Source: Ruditapes philippinarum (Eukaryota). From it: a stretch of 64,000 nucleotides of DNA. Numbering within the stretch: position 1 is the first letter of the stretch; each line of letters starts with the position of its first letter. The notes under the pieces are model-generated. The model made no database searches. It was not told the DNA's origin and saw only the letters and a list, made by a program, of their open reading frames with translations. Position numbers and translations under genes: made by a program. Below are positions 41,160 through 53,682 of this stretch, piece by piece. The stretch lies in the NCBI RefSeq assembly GCF_026571515.1, contig NW_026863863.1:1-64000 (forward strand), in the 5' to 3' direction.

Positions 41160-43208
41160 AGCCCCCATCTACACATATCCAAGTCTTGAATGCAAGTATC
41201 ATATTCTCTTGTATTGCATAGTGCACACCCTACTTGAATGAGTTTTAAAGAGAAAATATGTGACATCCAAAAAGATAATTCATTGCAAAAAAGTTAGGCC
41301 CTGTCTACACCTATCCAAGTTTTGAATGCAAGTATCATATTCTCTTGTATTGGATAGTGTAGACACCCTACTTGAATGGTTTTTAAAGAGAAATTATGTG
41401 ACATCCATGAAGATAATTTCTTGCAAGAAAATTAGGCCGCGTCTACACCTATTCAAGTTTCTTACATGTCACATTTAGATAAGCTAAATAAATGGCCCTT
41501 TCAACATTTTTTCAGGCACAATTTTTACTGAAATGTCTCATTAAGATAGTCCAGGATTAATACCTTTGTCTTTGCAATACTATCATGTTTCTGTAAAATA
41601 TGTGAAAAAAGCGGGAAAATGATGCAATTAGCTAAAACAATGGAGTAATGAAATGCGCACATTCTTTTAAAAATTGAAAAAAATATGACAAAAATTTATT
41701 TTGATGCAAATTCTTTATTTGATGAAAGTTTTTCACTACATGAACAAGATCATTTTAAATCCATTTTGACTCTACTTGAAAAAGAGGTCTTTTTTCTTTT
41801 TTTTTTTTACAATGTATTTATTTTTTGTTTTTTTTTTGCTCTTCTGTGTATCAGCGAATTGATTTGTTCCTTTGACCAATTTTAATTTTCTTGCAAGAAA
41901 TTATCTTCATGGATGTCACATAATTTCTCTTTAAAAACCATTCAAGTAGGGTGTCTACAATATCCAATACAAGAGAATATGATACTTGCATTCAAGACTT
42001 GGATAGGTGTAGACAGGGCCTTAGAACAGGTTCTATTTTTCTACAAGTTTTTGGCTGTCAAGACACTGATAACACCAGTTTGACACAAAACATGTGCCCG
42101 AAGGTTTGATAGTGCTGTTATTTTTATTATTTTCTGACTTTTTCTTGTTGATTCAGTGTACATGACCTTTGTTTACAATGTCTTGGTCAAAGGAACAAAT
42201 CAATTCGCTGATACACAGAAGAGCAAAAAAAAAAAAAATAAATAAAAATTAATACATTGTAAAAAAAATAAATAAAAAAGACCTCTTTTTCAAGTAGAGT
42301 CAAAATGGATTTAAAATGATCTTGTTCATTTAGTGAATAACTTTCATCAAATAAAGAATTTGCATCAAAATAAATTTTTGTCATATTTTTTCAATTTTTA
42401 AAAGAATGTGCGCATTTCATTACTCCATTGTTTTAGCTAATTGCATCATTTTCCCGCTTTTTTCACATATTTTACAGAAATATGATAGTATTGCAAAGAC
42501 AAAGGTATAAATCCTAGACTATCTTAATGAGACATTTCAGTAAAAATTGTGCCTGAAAAAATGTTGAAAGGGCCATTTATTTAGCTTATCTAAATGTGAC
42601 ATGTAAGAAACTTGAATATGTGTAGACACGGCCTAAGAACACGTTCTATTTTTCTTTAAGTGTTTGGCTGTCAAGACACTGATACACAAAACATGTGCCC
42701 CGAAGGGTGTGATAGTGTTGTTTTTTTTAAATCATTTTCTGACTTTTTTTTTGTTACTGATTCAGTGTTCATGACCTGTAAATTTTAGTAAATGTATATA
42801 ATATCTTGGTCAGAGGAACAGATCAATACACTGATACACAGAAGAGCAAAAAAAAATCTGTTTTTCAAGAAGTCGAAATGGATTTTAAATGATCTTGTTC
42901 ATTTAGTGAATAACATTCAAATAAAGAATTTGCATCAATTTATCAGCTCAAAAAATATTTTTCTCACATTTTCCAATTTTCCAATTTTTTTTTTAGATTA
43001 ATGTACACATTTCATTTACTCCATTGTTTTTAGCTAATTGCATCATTTTCCCGCTTATTTATTCACATATTTTACAGAAACATGATAGTATTGCAAAGAC
43101 AAAGGTATAAATCCTGGGCAATCTTAATTAGCAATTTCAGTAAAAAATGTTGAAAGGGCCATTTATTTAGCTTATCTAAGAAACTTGAATAGGTGTAGAC
43201 GCGGCCTT
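41160..43208. mobile_element. Complex of PIF/Harbinger-like MITE copies in direct and inverted orientation within the A3 intron
   Basis: tta|ggccgcgtctacacctattcaagt (41435) ... acttggataggtgtagacagggcc|tta (42020). 41435-41880 recurs inverted at ~42185-42635 and ~42805-43205. 41885-42020 is the inverse of ~41297-41432. Confidence 0.75.
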
Positions 43209-43967
43209 AGGTTATGGAAAAACTAATACTGTAACAGTATTGTGATCGTAGCTTATTGGGCGGAGCGTCATGCACTCATGAAAAAACACCGGTAAACTCC
43301 GTACTTTTTATTGCTTTGTGTTTTCCCATACAATGCATGTTTGAACTATATAGAATATCTCGACAATAACGGTATTGTAAACATCCCATTTAAAGTTAGA
43401 ATATGGATGTAATTTGGTAAAAAGGCAAGGGCATTTTTTCACGTATGTTTTCAAATAAACACATGTAAAAAGCCATATGCAAACGTGCGCATATCTATAA
43501 ATTTATATCGATATTTACATTTCAAGATTTATACAAGTCCAATAACAAGAAAAAACACGAGAAAAAACAAAACAAAAAAACAACACGAATTACTTAATCA
43601 CGCTTCCAACCTATAAATTAAGACAAGTGAATGCCATAATGACAGAGATAAATTTCAGTTCGTCAATGACACAAAAACAATGACAGTTTAACATGTCTGG
43701 GATTTTGACATCGAAAGCCCTCCATATGTGTGATCATATAATTATGTTTTGTTAATATGTAAACAAAGGCGCAAGTTATCATCCTACGACAGTAACTCAA
43801 ATCACGGTAATAATCGCAATATTTAAGCATTAGTTTGTTTTTAATATGTTCATTTTTACAGTTCTAGATCTTTAGAAGATTTTAAAATTGTATGTGCATT
43901 TTTTAGGTAAAATCCTTTAAACCTGTGCAAGTTTATAATAAAAGTCAAAATATTTTAGAACATTTAC

Positions 43968-44287
43968 CTATGACATGTAGTTATGCAAACACGACAGCAG
44001 ACGACATCATGATCACTGCAGACCATATCCTCCTCCTTGTCGGTGTGAAGTTCACATTTACTCAGACGTGCTGGAACTTGATCTTTTGAAACTTCCTCAC
44101 ACTTTATAAGAGTATGTCCTTTAGTAACACCAAACTTCTCATGATAGGCCAGACATGTTGAGCAAAAATACTCGCCACATTCTACACAAAATCTCTTGGC
44201 TTCCAAAAACCGTTCTTGTTGAGAACAAGGCGTACAATTGTAATCATAAGCTTCTTCGGACGACAAAATGTTTCCACACGTCGCCAT
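43968..44287 (-). CDS. TRIM-like gene copy A3, exon 1 (B-box1 + B-box2)
   Basis: aaaATGgcg start, two B-box motifs, donor CATAG|gtaaat (phase 2). Confidence 0.9.
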
Positions 44288-45296
44288 TTTGTTTCTAACA
44301 TAATAAGCATAAATTATTATGGCACGCCACAGTTGATTATATACACAGTGACTCACAAGCGAGTTTCATTTGATAAGCGATGTATTTATTGTGTAATCTT
44401 TAAATGACATTTTGAAACTTGAAAACAGGAAATATTATATTTATCATATTCAAGTTTTTACAAATATTTGACAAGATTTACATTTGAATTTTATTTAAAT
44501 GAAATTAGATTTTTCTACAGGTATTTAATAACTTGATTATAGTATTTCTGTTAGTATGATACAAAATTAAATGTCTATATAAGTTCTGAATACAATATTC
44601 AACAGTCTTGAACGAATATATTACGAACAATTCATCTTAGTTCCTCTTCATTCATCATGTATATATCATATCAATGAAGGCATTTTCTAAAATATTTGAG
44701 TTATTTGATGTGTTATTATTGAGATTTTTCGTAAAGAATTAGTACTCGTATCGCTTTTAGTAGACCCTTTATGAAAAATCTTTAGGAAGAGACAAACTTT
44801 AGTAATTAATGTTACAAATGACATTTGACGAACAAAAAACAATACTGCGCATTACAATTAAATCAATGCTTCATGTATACCTGATTAGGTAGATTGCAAG
44901 ACCTTGGACTTGCTGAGTTCCAGCTTCTTTTTTTGTTGTTGCTGCTTATAGAGAAATTACTTATAAATGCATGTGTATACTAACATAGCAGGCGTATTGT
45001 TTCTATAATACCATCCTAACTAAAACGAATAAATGATTTCGATACTTAATACAGTCTAACTTGCCCATGCGACCACGTGTATAAAGCGACTTTTGTCTTA
45101 AACGACCCCCTGATTATTTTCTTAACATGTATATAATCATCAAATAAATAAAAAAAATCCGGATGGTGCAGGTTACTTTCGTTGTGAATGTTCTACCGTC
45201 ATTTGCACTGTACCAATGCTCTGTGAAAGCATCTACATGATGTAGCACAGGTAAACTGCTTGATGGTAAGTACGATAGCTGAACTGTGCTCTGGTT

Positions 45297-46620
45297 AATT
45301 GTCCCCCGCATTTTCGAAGAAAAAGGGGGATAAAGAAAGAGGCTCCGTCTGTCCGTCCGTTCATCTGTCCGTCCGTCCGTCACATTTTCGTGTCGGATCA
45401 ATAACTATGTCATTTATCAAAAGAATTTAAAATAACTTGGCACAATGTTTGTTATAATAAGACGATGTGTCATGCAACACAACCGGACCCCTATCTTCAA
45501 GGTTAAGGTCACACTTGGTGATTAATGGTCAACATTGTCTTTTTGAGGGTATATGTCGTGTCCGGTCCATAACTTTCTTATCCATGTAGAAATTTTGAAA
45601 ATACTTGGCACAAATGTTAACAATAATGAGGTAATGTGTCTTGCGCAAAAACCAGTTACCTACATTTAAGGTCAAGGTCACAGTTGAAAGTCAAAGATTA
45701 ACATAGTCTGTTAAAGAGTATATTTTGTGTCCAGTCCATAACGTTATTATAGATCAAGATATTTTAAAATTATTTAGCACAAATGTTCACAATAATTAGA
45801 CAATATGTCATGCGCAAAAACCAGTCGCCTACCTTCAAGGTCAAGGTCACAGTTGGAGGTCAAACATTAACATAGTCTGTTTCAGGGTACATTTTGTGAC
45901 AGGTCCATAGCTTTTTCATAGATTAAGGGATTTTGAATTACTTGGCACAAATGTTAACAATAGTAAGACGATGTGTCATGCTTAAAAAATAGTCGCCTAC
46001 CTCCAAGATCAAGGTCACAGTTGGAGGTCAAAGATTAACATGATCTGTTATAGGGTATATTTTGTTTCCAGTGCATAATTTTCTCATACATCAAGAGATT
46101 TTGAAAATACTTGGCATAAATGTTGACAATAATAAGACGATGTGTCCTGCACAACACTCGGACCATTATCTCCAAGGTCAATGCCACACTTAGAGGTGAA
46201 AGCTTAACATGGTCTTTTATAGGATATATTTTGTGTGCAGCCCCTTTTTTATTGTTCAAGGGATTTTGAAATAACCTGGCATTTTCTCAGTAATGGGACC
46301 ATGTGTCATATGGAACAGCCAGACTCCTACCTTCAATGTCAAGGTCACACTTGAGGGCCAAAACGTAATATGGTATGTTCTGGGGTATATTGTGTGTGCG
46401 GTATATAACTTTTTCATCATTCAAATGATTTTAAAATAACTTGGCACAAATGTTAACAATAATAAGACGACATGTCATGCGCAACAGATAGATCCCTACC
46501 TCATAGGTCAAGGTCACACTTGGAGGGCAAAGCCTAAAATAGTCTGTTACAGGGTATGATGCCATATCAGGCCCTTGCAAATAAATGCCTCGAAATATAC
46601 CCTGTAACAGATCATATCTT
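45297..46620 (-). mobile_element. pearl/HINE-like element with ~169-bp tandem repeats and a (gtcc)n microsatellite
   Basis: acttggcacaaatgtt / aaggtcaaggtcaca motifs recur about every 169 bp. gtccgtccgt tract at 45345-45380, next to a short terminal hairpin. Confidence 0.75.
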
Positions 46621-46920
46621 GTATTGATTTTGTATTTGTCACACTTGGATAAGTGATTACAAGTTTACACATGTATTTTGTTGACACTTACACAGGAGTT
46701 ATTTCATTATATTTCTTTAATGAATTTATTGTTACTGGCATGAGCAGGCCTAGCATTGATAAAAAATTTGAACTGAAAGTCCAGATTTATACCTCATTAT
46801 TTTTGAAATAGCACAATTGTGTGCTTCATATAAAACTTCCTTTAGACAAGGGACGTTGGTAACTCTGTTACAAATTCTTGTTCATAATGGTTTACTGTTG
46901 TTTTCCGGAGGGTAAAGTAT

Positions 46921-48285
46921 AACAAGAGGGCCATGATGGCCCTGAGGTCGCTCACCTGTATGTAGGCCCCCAGAGCGGGGCCAGTTTAAACCCCAGAGCT
47001 TATTTTTGAACAAACTTGGAAGACACCCATAAGAAGATGTTTCATGATGTATCAATTTATAATGAAAAACAATAATCTGCCCTCCCCCACCCGCGGCAGG
47101 GCCAATTTTAACCAAGGGCTTTTACTTGAACAAACTTGGTAGACACCCATAAGAAGATGTTCCATGCTAAACATCTAAGCTGTAGCTCATTGAGTTTTTT
47201 AAAAGAAGATTTTTTTAGTTTTTACTATACACATATAGATAAAAACAATGACACCCCTGGGGCGGGGCCAGTTTTGACCCCAGGGCTTTTATTTGAACAA
47301 ACTTTATAGACAATTACTAGAACATATTTCATGCTTAATATCTAAACTCAAGCTATTTGGGTTTTTTCAAAGAAGATTTTTAAGTTTTTCCTATACATAT
47401 ATAAGGAAAATCAATGACCCCCGGGGCAGGGCCAATTTTGACCCCCAGGGCTTTTATTTGAACAAACTTTGTAGACACTCACTAGAAGATGTTTCATGCT
47501 TAATATCTTAGCTCTAGCTCTTTGAGTTCTTTAAAAGAAGATTTTTTAAGTTTTTACTATATACATATAGGGAAAATCAATGACCCCCTGGGGCGGGGCC
47601 AATTTTGACCCCAGGGCTTTTATTTGAACATACTTGGTAGACACCCATTAGAACATGTTTCATGCTAAATATCTTAGCTCTAGCTCTTTGAGTTCATTAA
47701 AAGAAGATTTTCTAAGTTTTTACTATATCCATATAGAGAAAATCAATGACCCCCTGGGGCGGGGCCAATTTTGACCCCAGGGCTTTTATTTGAACAAACT
47801 TGGTAGACACTCATTAGAAGATGTTTCATGCTAAATATCTTAGCTCTAGCTCTTTGGGTTCTTTAAAAGAAGATTTTTTAAGTTTTTACTATATGCATAT
47901 AGGGAAAATCAATGACCCCCTGGGGCGGGGCCAATTTTGACCCAAGGGCTTTTATTTGAACGAACTTGGTAGACACTCACTAGAAGAAGTTTCATGCCAA
48001 ATATCTAAGCTCTAGCTCTTTGGGTTTTTTAAAGAAAGTAATTAAAGTTTTTTCTTTCGGTTGCCATGGCAACCAGAGTTCTGCATGGAATTAAATTATT
48101 TGAACATTTTTAAAGGTGACCACCAAAGGAACATTCCTGTGAAATTTGGATGAAATTGGCTTAGTAGTTTATGAGGAGATGTCATTTAAAGTAAAAGTTT
48201 ACGGACGGACGGACGACGGACGGACGCCTGACGAAAAGTGATCACAAAAGCTCATCCTGTCACTTTGTGACAGGTGAGCTAAAAA
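46921..48285 (+). mobile_element. pearl/HINE-like element with ~166-bp tandem repeats
   Basis: Begins aacaagagggccatgatggccct. ggggcggggccaattttgacc recurs at ~47259, 47423, 47590, 47756 and 47922. (acgg)n at 48201-48226. Terminal hairpin gctcatcctgtcactttgtgacaggtgagc. Confidence 0.85.
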
Positions 48286-48734
48286 CACAACCACCAATAA
48301 ATGAGTTACTCGAGAAACGCTTTATAACAGAGGAAGAGAGTTGCTATATATCTATTTCAATATCGAATGTTCATTATAATGCATTCGTTAAAACAATGAT
48401 AAACAAGAATAATATTAAAGTGACCTGTGCAACATTTTATAAGATATATACATTACGCTTCAGGCCGGAATCAGAAGAGAACATTTGAAAGCTTTATGCC
48501 AAGAGGAAAGTATACAAACCCGTAGCAATTCTACAGCAAACATTGATATAATTTATATATAGTTTTAAGGTAGAATTAGCCATTGGTGAATTTTATTATT
48601 CTGCACGTTTGTAACGTCGCTTTTCATTGGACAATCATGACGTTTATATAGTTCTATATACTCGGCTATGGTCAATTTATGAAGAAATCTCACCTTTTTC
48701 TCTTAAAAAGGAAGTTTGCTGTATTATATTTTCT

Positions 48735-48870
48735 TTATAAGGATTCCTGACAGGTAATATGACTGTATAAAAACGGCTTTTGAAATATAAATTTCGCCTG
48801 GCGGCTGGGGTCATATTTCCGAACATCCGTTTACATAGGGTCATTTAACCTGTCAAAAATCTTTATAACT
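48735..48870. repeat. Imperfect fold-back (element terminus remnant)
   Basis: tataaggattcctgacaggtaatatgac... pairs with ...gtcatttaacctgtcaaaaatctttata. Confidence 0.55.
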
Positions 48871-49471
48871 TAAAAATATATATGTCTTTGCTTAGCTTTG
48901 AAAATACATGTATATATGAGTGTATTGAATATACAATTTTTCCTATTCTAATACCCGACTTAATAAAATAAATAACTTTATCTTATCATAAATCGATCAA
49001 GAATTTGAAATTGACTTGGTATTACTAAGCATTCAATTGTGAAACTGTACTGTATGCATAGAATTTGAAAATGACACATATATGCCGATGTTTCCGGGTG
49101 TGTTTCCCCTATATTGACATGTTTGTATATGTTTAGTTGTATATACCACATGACATTTAGATAAAAATTATTTAATGAATTGTTGATACCAAGACATATA
49201 AATGCCTTATCAAAGCCGTGATAGTTGTATAATTATTGATTTGTAACATACTTCCATCGGTGTACTTTTTTGTATTATTACCGTAAGTGTCACGTGTTGT
49301 GTTTACTACTTGTCGTATGTATATTTTTCATTTTTTCTGCTAAAAAAATAATATGCAGAATCATCATATCAGGTTTATTCATTTTATTACTTTTAACTGA
49401 GGCGGGGTTAAGTTGGGAGCTATATTCTTTCTCATAAATCTATTAACAACTCACCAATCAAATCATTTATG

Positions 49472-49984
49472 TTTTTACTTACAATCACAATATTGTTTGA
49501 ATCACGTCTACAAACTAAACAATTCCCATTTGAAGCAAATTCCCAATGGAAATTTGCATATAGTGTTGTTGCACACCCACTTTTGCTGTCTTTCCAAATC
49601 TAAACCAATGACACCGTTTTGTTCATCTGTGATGAATATCCCTTCGGTATTTACTATCACGCTTCGTGGAATACTGAAATAGTTTCCATCCAAATCTTGA
49701 TCATATTTACTGTGTAGTTTTCCTTTCAAATCAAAAACATTTAATTGTTCTTTGCTCTTCTCCTTGCATCCCGTCACCAGTCACATAAATCTTTTTATTA
49801 AAACATGCGATGCCACGACAATGTATCCGTGTATGGAAGTTTTTTTAAGCTTGGTGTGCATCAGTTGATATAAATTGCACTTTCTTCCATCCTTCTATTC
49901 AAATCCTCATTTAATTCTACAAGTGTTCCATCTTCTTTATATTTCTGTATCAAATCAGGTAAAAAATCGATATTTTGACATGAT
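49472..49984 (-). pseudogene. Pseudogenic exon 2 of the TRIM-like A subfamily (internal ~640-bp deletion, frameshifts, 3' truncation)
   Basis: Intact acceptor ttccctttcag|ATCATGT. Matches A1 3388-~3487, jumps to A1 ~4130, and ends at IVIVSK. The upstream intron (to ~52950) is an inverted homolog of ~2000-3387. Confidence 0.9.
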
Positions 49985-50049
49985 CTGAAAGGGAAAAATA
50001 TACTGCTTTGTCCGTTGCAAATTTAATCATATTACAATGGAGCATCTGT

Positions 50050-51235
50050 GGCACATTATCTTGAAGACGTTCTTCATCACAACATATTGACATATTGTCT
50101 ATTCCTTCTTATCACATTTGATCTGTGGGATTTTTTTTCATTATTTGTTATTTATTATTATTATTATTATTTAATGACTAATAAATGAAGAACGTTGAAA
50201 AGTTTTTTTCTCAAATCGGGCCAAACATCAAGCATAAATCTTATTTTTCAATATAACTCTGAGTAGATTTCATTATTATCTTTTGCCTCTAAAACTTTAA
50301 GCGTTTTTATTGTTACAGTAACGGTTCAGCAAAATGTTCCCAATGTTTTAATTCAAATGTGTGTTTTTTCATGGAAAGTAAATGTAGTGAAATTTGAAAT
50401 GATTTTTTTTTATGTTTCAAATATATCCAACTCTGAATTATGTAATCATGCATAATCATGACATTAACTTCTACAACATGCTTGAAATGATAAAACTGAA
50501 AGCCTCATACGTTTCCCGGTTTCTCTCATTTTACCACTTTGTTGCCATGGCAACACAACAGAACCAATTAATGTTGTTGGTAGAATGAAAATCTACCTTT
50601 TAAAAAAATAAAGACTTACGAACATTTTAAAATGTAATCTTGTTGTTTATTCTTAGTCTTAATAATCGTTATATATCAGTTCACTAGAAATTGGGACTCA
50701 ATTTTCGTGTACCCCACCCACTTTAGGAATGTCAGAATTCACATTCTTACACAATAAAAATAAAAATAAGGATACAATTAGTAAGTTGTTGATCAGGTAT
50801 TTGTATAATATGGTAAAAATATTAGTTTTCGCCACTATGCCTCGACTGATAGGAAAAAATGCCAGCCCTATGTCAATTTTTGATACTTTTTCATGCTTTT
50901 TTAGCAAAATTTCTCTATGAAAACAAGAGTATATGTATAAGAAAAAGGGAAAGGACCCTTTTTTATATTGTTCCAATAGGATGTGAAGTTTTAACATCAC
51001 CTGTACCAAAATAAATAGAAAAAAGAACTAATTTTATCATATAAATTGCGTATTAGCCATTTTTCAATAATTTGGCGGCCATCTTGGCGGCCATCTTGGA
51101 TTTCTCAAAACGTACCATGATTTGACATGTCTACCCAATTTTTTTGTAAACTTCTAACATTTAGCTTTACATTGGTATAACATTTATCCATGGACCTTTT
51201 TTGCACACAAAAGGTCCTCTGGGACTGTACTACAT
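50050..51235. mobile_element. ~1.2-kb insertion in the pseudogene intron relative to A1 (probable DNA-transposon remnant)
   Basis: Flanks align to adjacent A1 intron positions (~3325). Contains ggcggccatcttggcggccatcttgg and gttgccatggcaac motifs. Confidence 0.5.
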
Positions 51236-53221
51236 GTAATCTCTTCAAAATGAACTTTTAGGTAATCTAGCAGGTGATTTTAGTAATTGTACATGACTTG
51301 TATATGTAAATGGAATAAAACAATGCCGCGACAATATAAATGAAATCATATTAAGCAAACAAATTTTCAAGCTTTACTTAATATGCTGGAAAGCTTCCTC
51401 ATAAAATAAACCATTGTCCCACACGAGGTCCAGGCTACGGATACGACTGCGCCTGACCTTTTTTATGTGACCTTTTTGTTAAATAACTGCTCGCTCATGT
51501 CTTTATTGCCCCCAAAAAATGTAATTTCAAAGTTCCAGAGATGAAATATATGATAATTACTAAAGCATAAACGCCTGTGTAAATTTAAATTGTAAATCAA
51601 TCCATTCCATTTGCAATTACCATATGCAATTTGCAATTACCATATTAGCATATAAAACAAAATAAAACATTGAAGATTTTATAACCTGTATGTATTACTA
51701 GTCATTGCGTGCGGCAAAGATTTGCTTTTTGTCTAAAATCATGCTTAGAATAAAATTATTTTTATGCAGACTAAATGGGCGAGCTATGGACTATTTCACA
51801 TACAGAATTATAATCGAATTACCGATTCTCGGTTTTGTCCTCGTTTGAACTGTGTCATTAGAAAAGGTAGTGTGGATCCGAGTCTTTAAACTGTAAATAC
51901 TGTTACAAAATTATGCGCGCAATTTCCACAAAAAAGCGCTTCAAATTAACACGACTAGTCTGTCACCAGGTTCTAGAACAACTGAATGTATTAAAATATA
52001 TTTTGTACAAAGTTGACTGACATCTGTTTTGCGTTGATGTGCATTCTACGACAAGAAACTAATCGGCGGATTGTTGTCTGCGTTAATGCACGTCGACGTG
52101 TCTTTTTTCGTAAGTATATACAGGAAGTCTCCAAACAAAGTTGATTAGAACAAAACTAGCTCCTATTCTTACATATGAATCTCTCAAATCAGACAAAGGG
52201 TTTCAAGAGACAGATATCTGCATGAAGGCAGTTTTTTAAGCTGCTGGACTTTCATCTGACATAATGTGCTATTTTTCATCTCATCTCTGTAGTTTGCAGT
52301 TTATCAAATTATACTTGTATATGGACCAGAATGAGGGTAAAATTTAAGAAATGGTAAAGGAAATTGTTCCATAACCTACAGTAAGCTAATTGTTCTAACT
52401 TTACGCGTCCTGGTGGAAATTATGATATTCTGTAAAGCAGTATGCATGCGCAAAACAATCTAAACGCTAAATTGGACTAAGCTAAAGTCGTACAATAATC
52501 AACTCCACACTGCCTTGAAACTGAAGATCTCTGGTTCAAATCTCAGTAACTATTGTCAATTGTTTTCATCTTTTTATTTTTTCTTTTGCCACTATTACAT
52601 ATCTAGTACATTATATTTGGAAAAATCGATCAAAACTACACGGTAAAAGTATTTAGTATTTAAGAAAATCAACCAATATACTTGCTGCATACTTTGAAAA
52701 CAGACCCTCAATTGAGCAAATTTCAGGGATAGTTTGAATTAGGCTCTCTAAGCAGGAAACTAGTCAAACAAGAGTTTTAAATTGGTTTGGTAAGTTTTAT
52801 TTCCTTTCTCAAACATTAGAAACAATCATTTTGCTTGGGTAGCTTTTAGCCGAATGTTATTTATTGTTTCTGAACAATAAACAATAGGTAAACGTTCTTA
52901 TAAGGATGCTTATATAGGTTATTCCTCCTAGTATTCAAGCTTTAGTTCAGAAAAGTGTCGTACACCGTCGGTCAATTTTGTTTAAACTGCACAGGTATCC
53001 TTTAATTGAGGCATTTAACTGACCTATATGTAGTATGTTGTCAAGTTTTCAGTTCGTTATAGTACACATTAAGTTGGGATAATACCTTAAGAGTTAGGAT
53101 CAGCCAAATATAACAGACTAAGTACTGTTTACTTATTAATATTATTTAAAGAATGACTAAACGAAATCGCATGTCTCTTAAATAGCATTATAATAGCTAT
53201 GTTTTGGTTAATTTTGTTTTA

Positions 53222-53682
53222 TATTTATATTTAATATTCATTTTTATTACATGCTTTTCGGTGGTTTATAGAAATATATCAGTGAAATAAAAACTGTTAA
53301 TTTCACTGTTTTAAACAGTGAAATTATCAATTTGATAATTTCACTGTTTTGAATATTGAGCCCATTACGTTGTTTCAGTGGTGAAATAGAAGCGTTCACA
53401 GTACTGGAAACCAACTTAATGACGTGGCATTGTAAATGACGTCACGTTATATTATTATTTGGCGTTAATTATTAGGTTAATATGTCTTTTTAAACGTTTC
53501 TTTGCATATAATAAAAAGAAAATTTGTTTAGTTTAATGTAAGATCGAAATATATTTCACCTCGTGAACACCAAAAGTTCATATTTCACTCGTGGCTGCGC
53601 CACTCGTGAAATATACCTTTTGGTGCTCACTCGGTGAAATATATTCCGATCTTTCACTGAACTAAACAAATATCCTCTATAT
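53222..53682 (-). mobile_element. Hairpin-ended element, same family as 6957-8097, shorter interior
   Basis: Fold-back 53521-53672 centred on cactcgtggctgcgccactcgtg. The opposite end resembles the reverse complement of 7995-8097. Confidence 0.7.

Noticed and set aside
46921-48285. Regularly spaced repeats as a CRISPR array
   Set aside because: The whole ~166-bp unit repeats with no unique spacers, there are no cas genes, and the context is eukaryotic.
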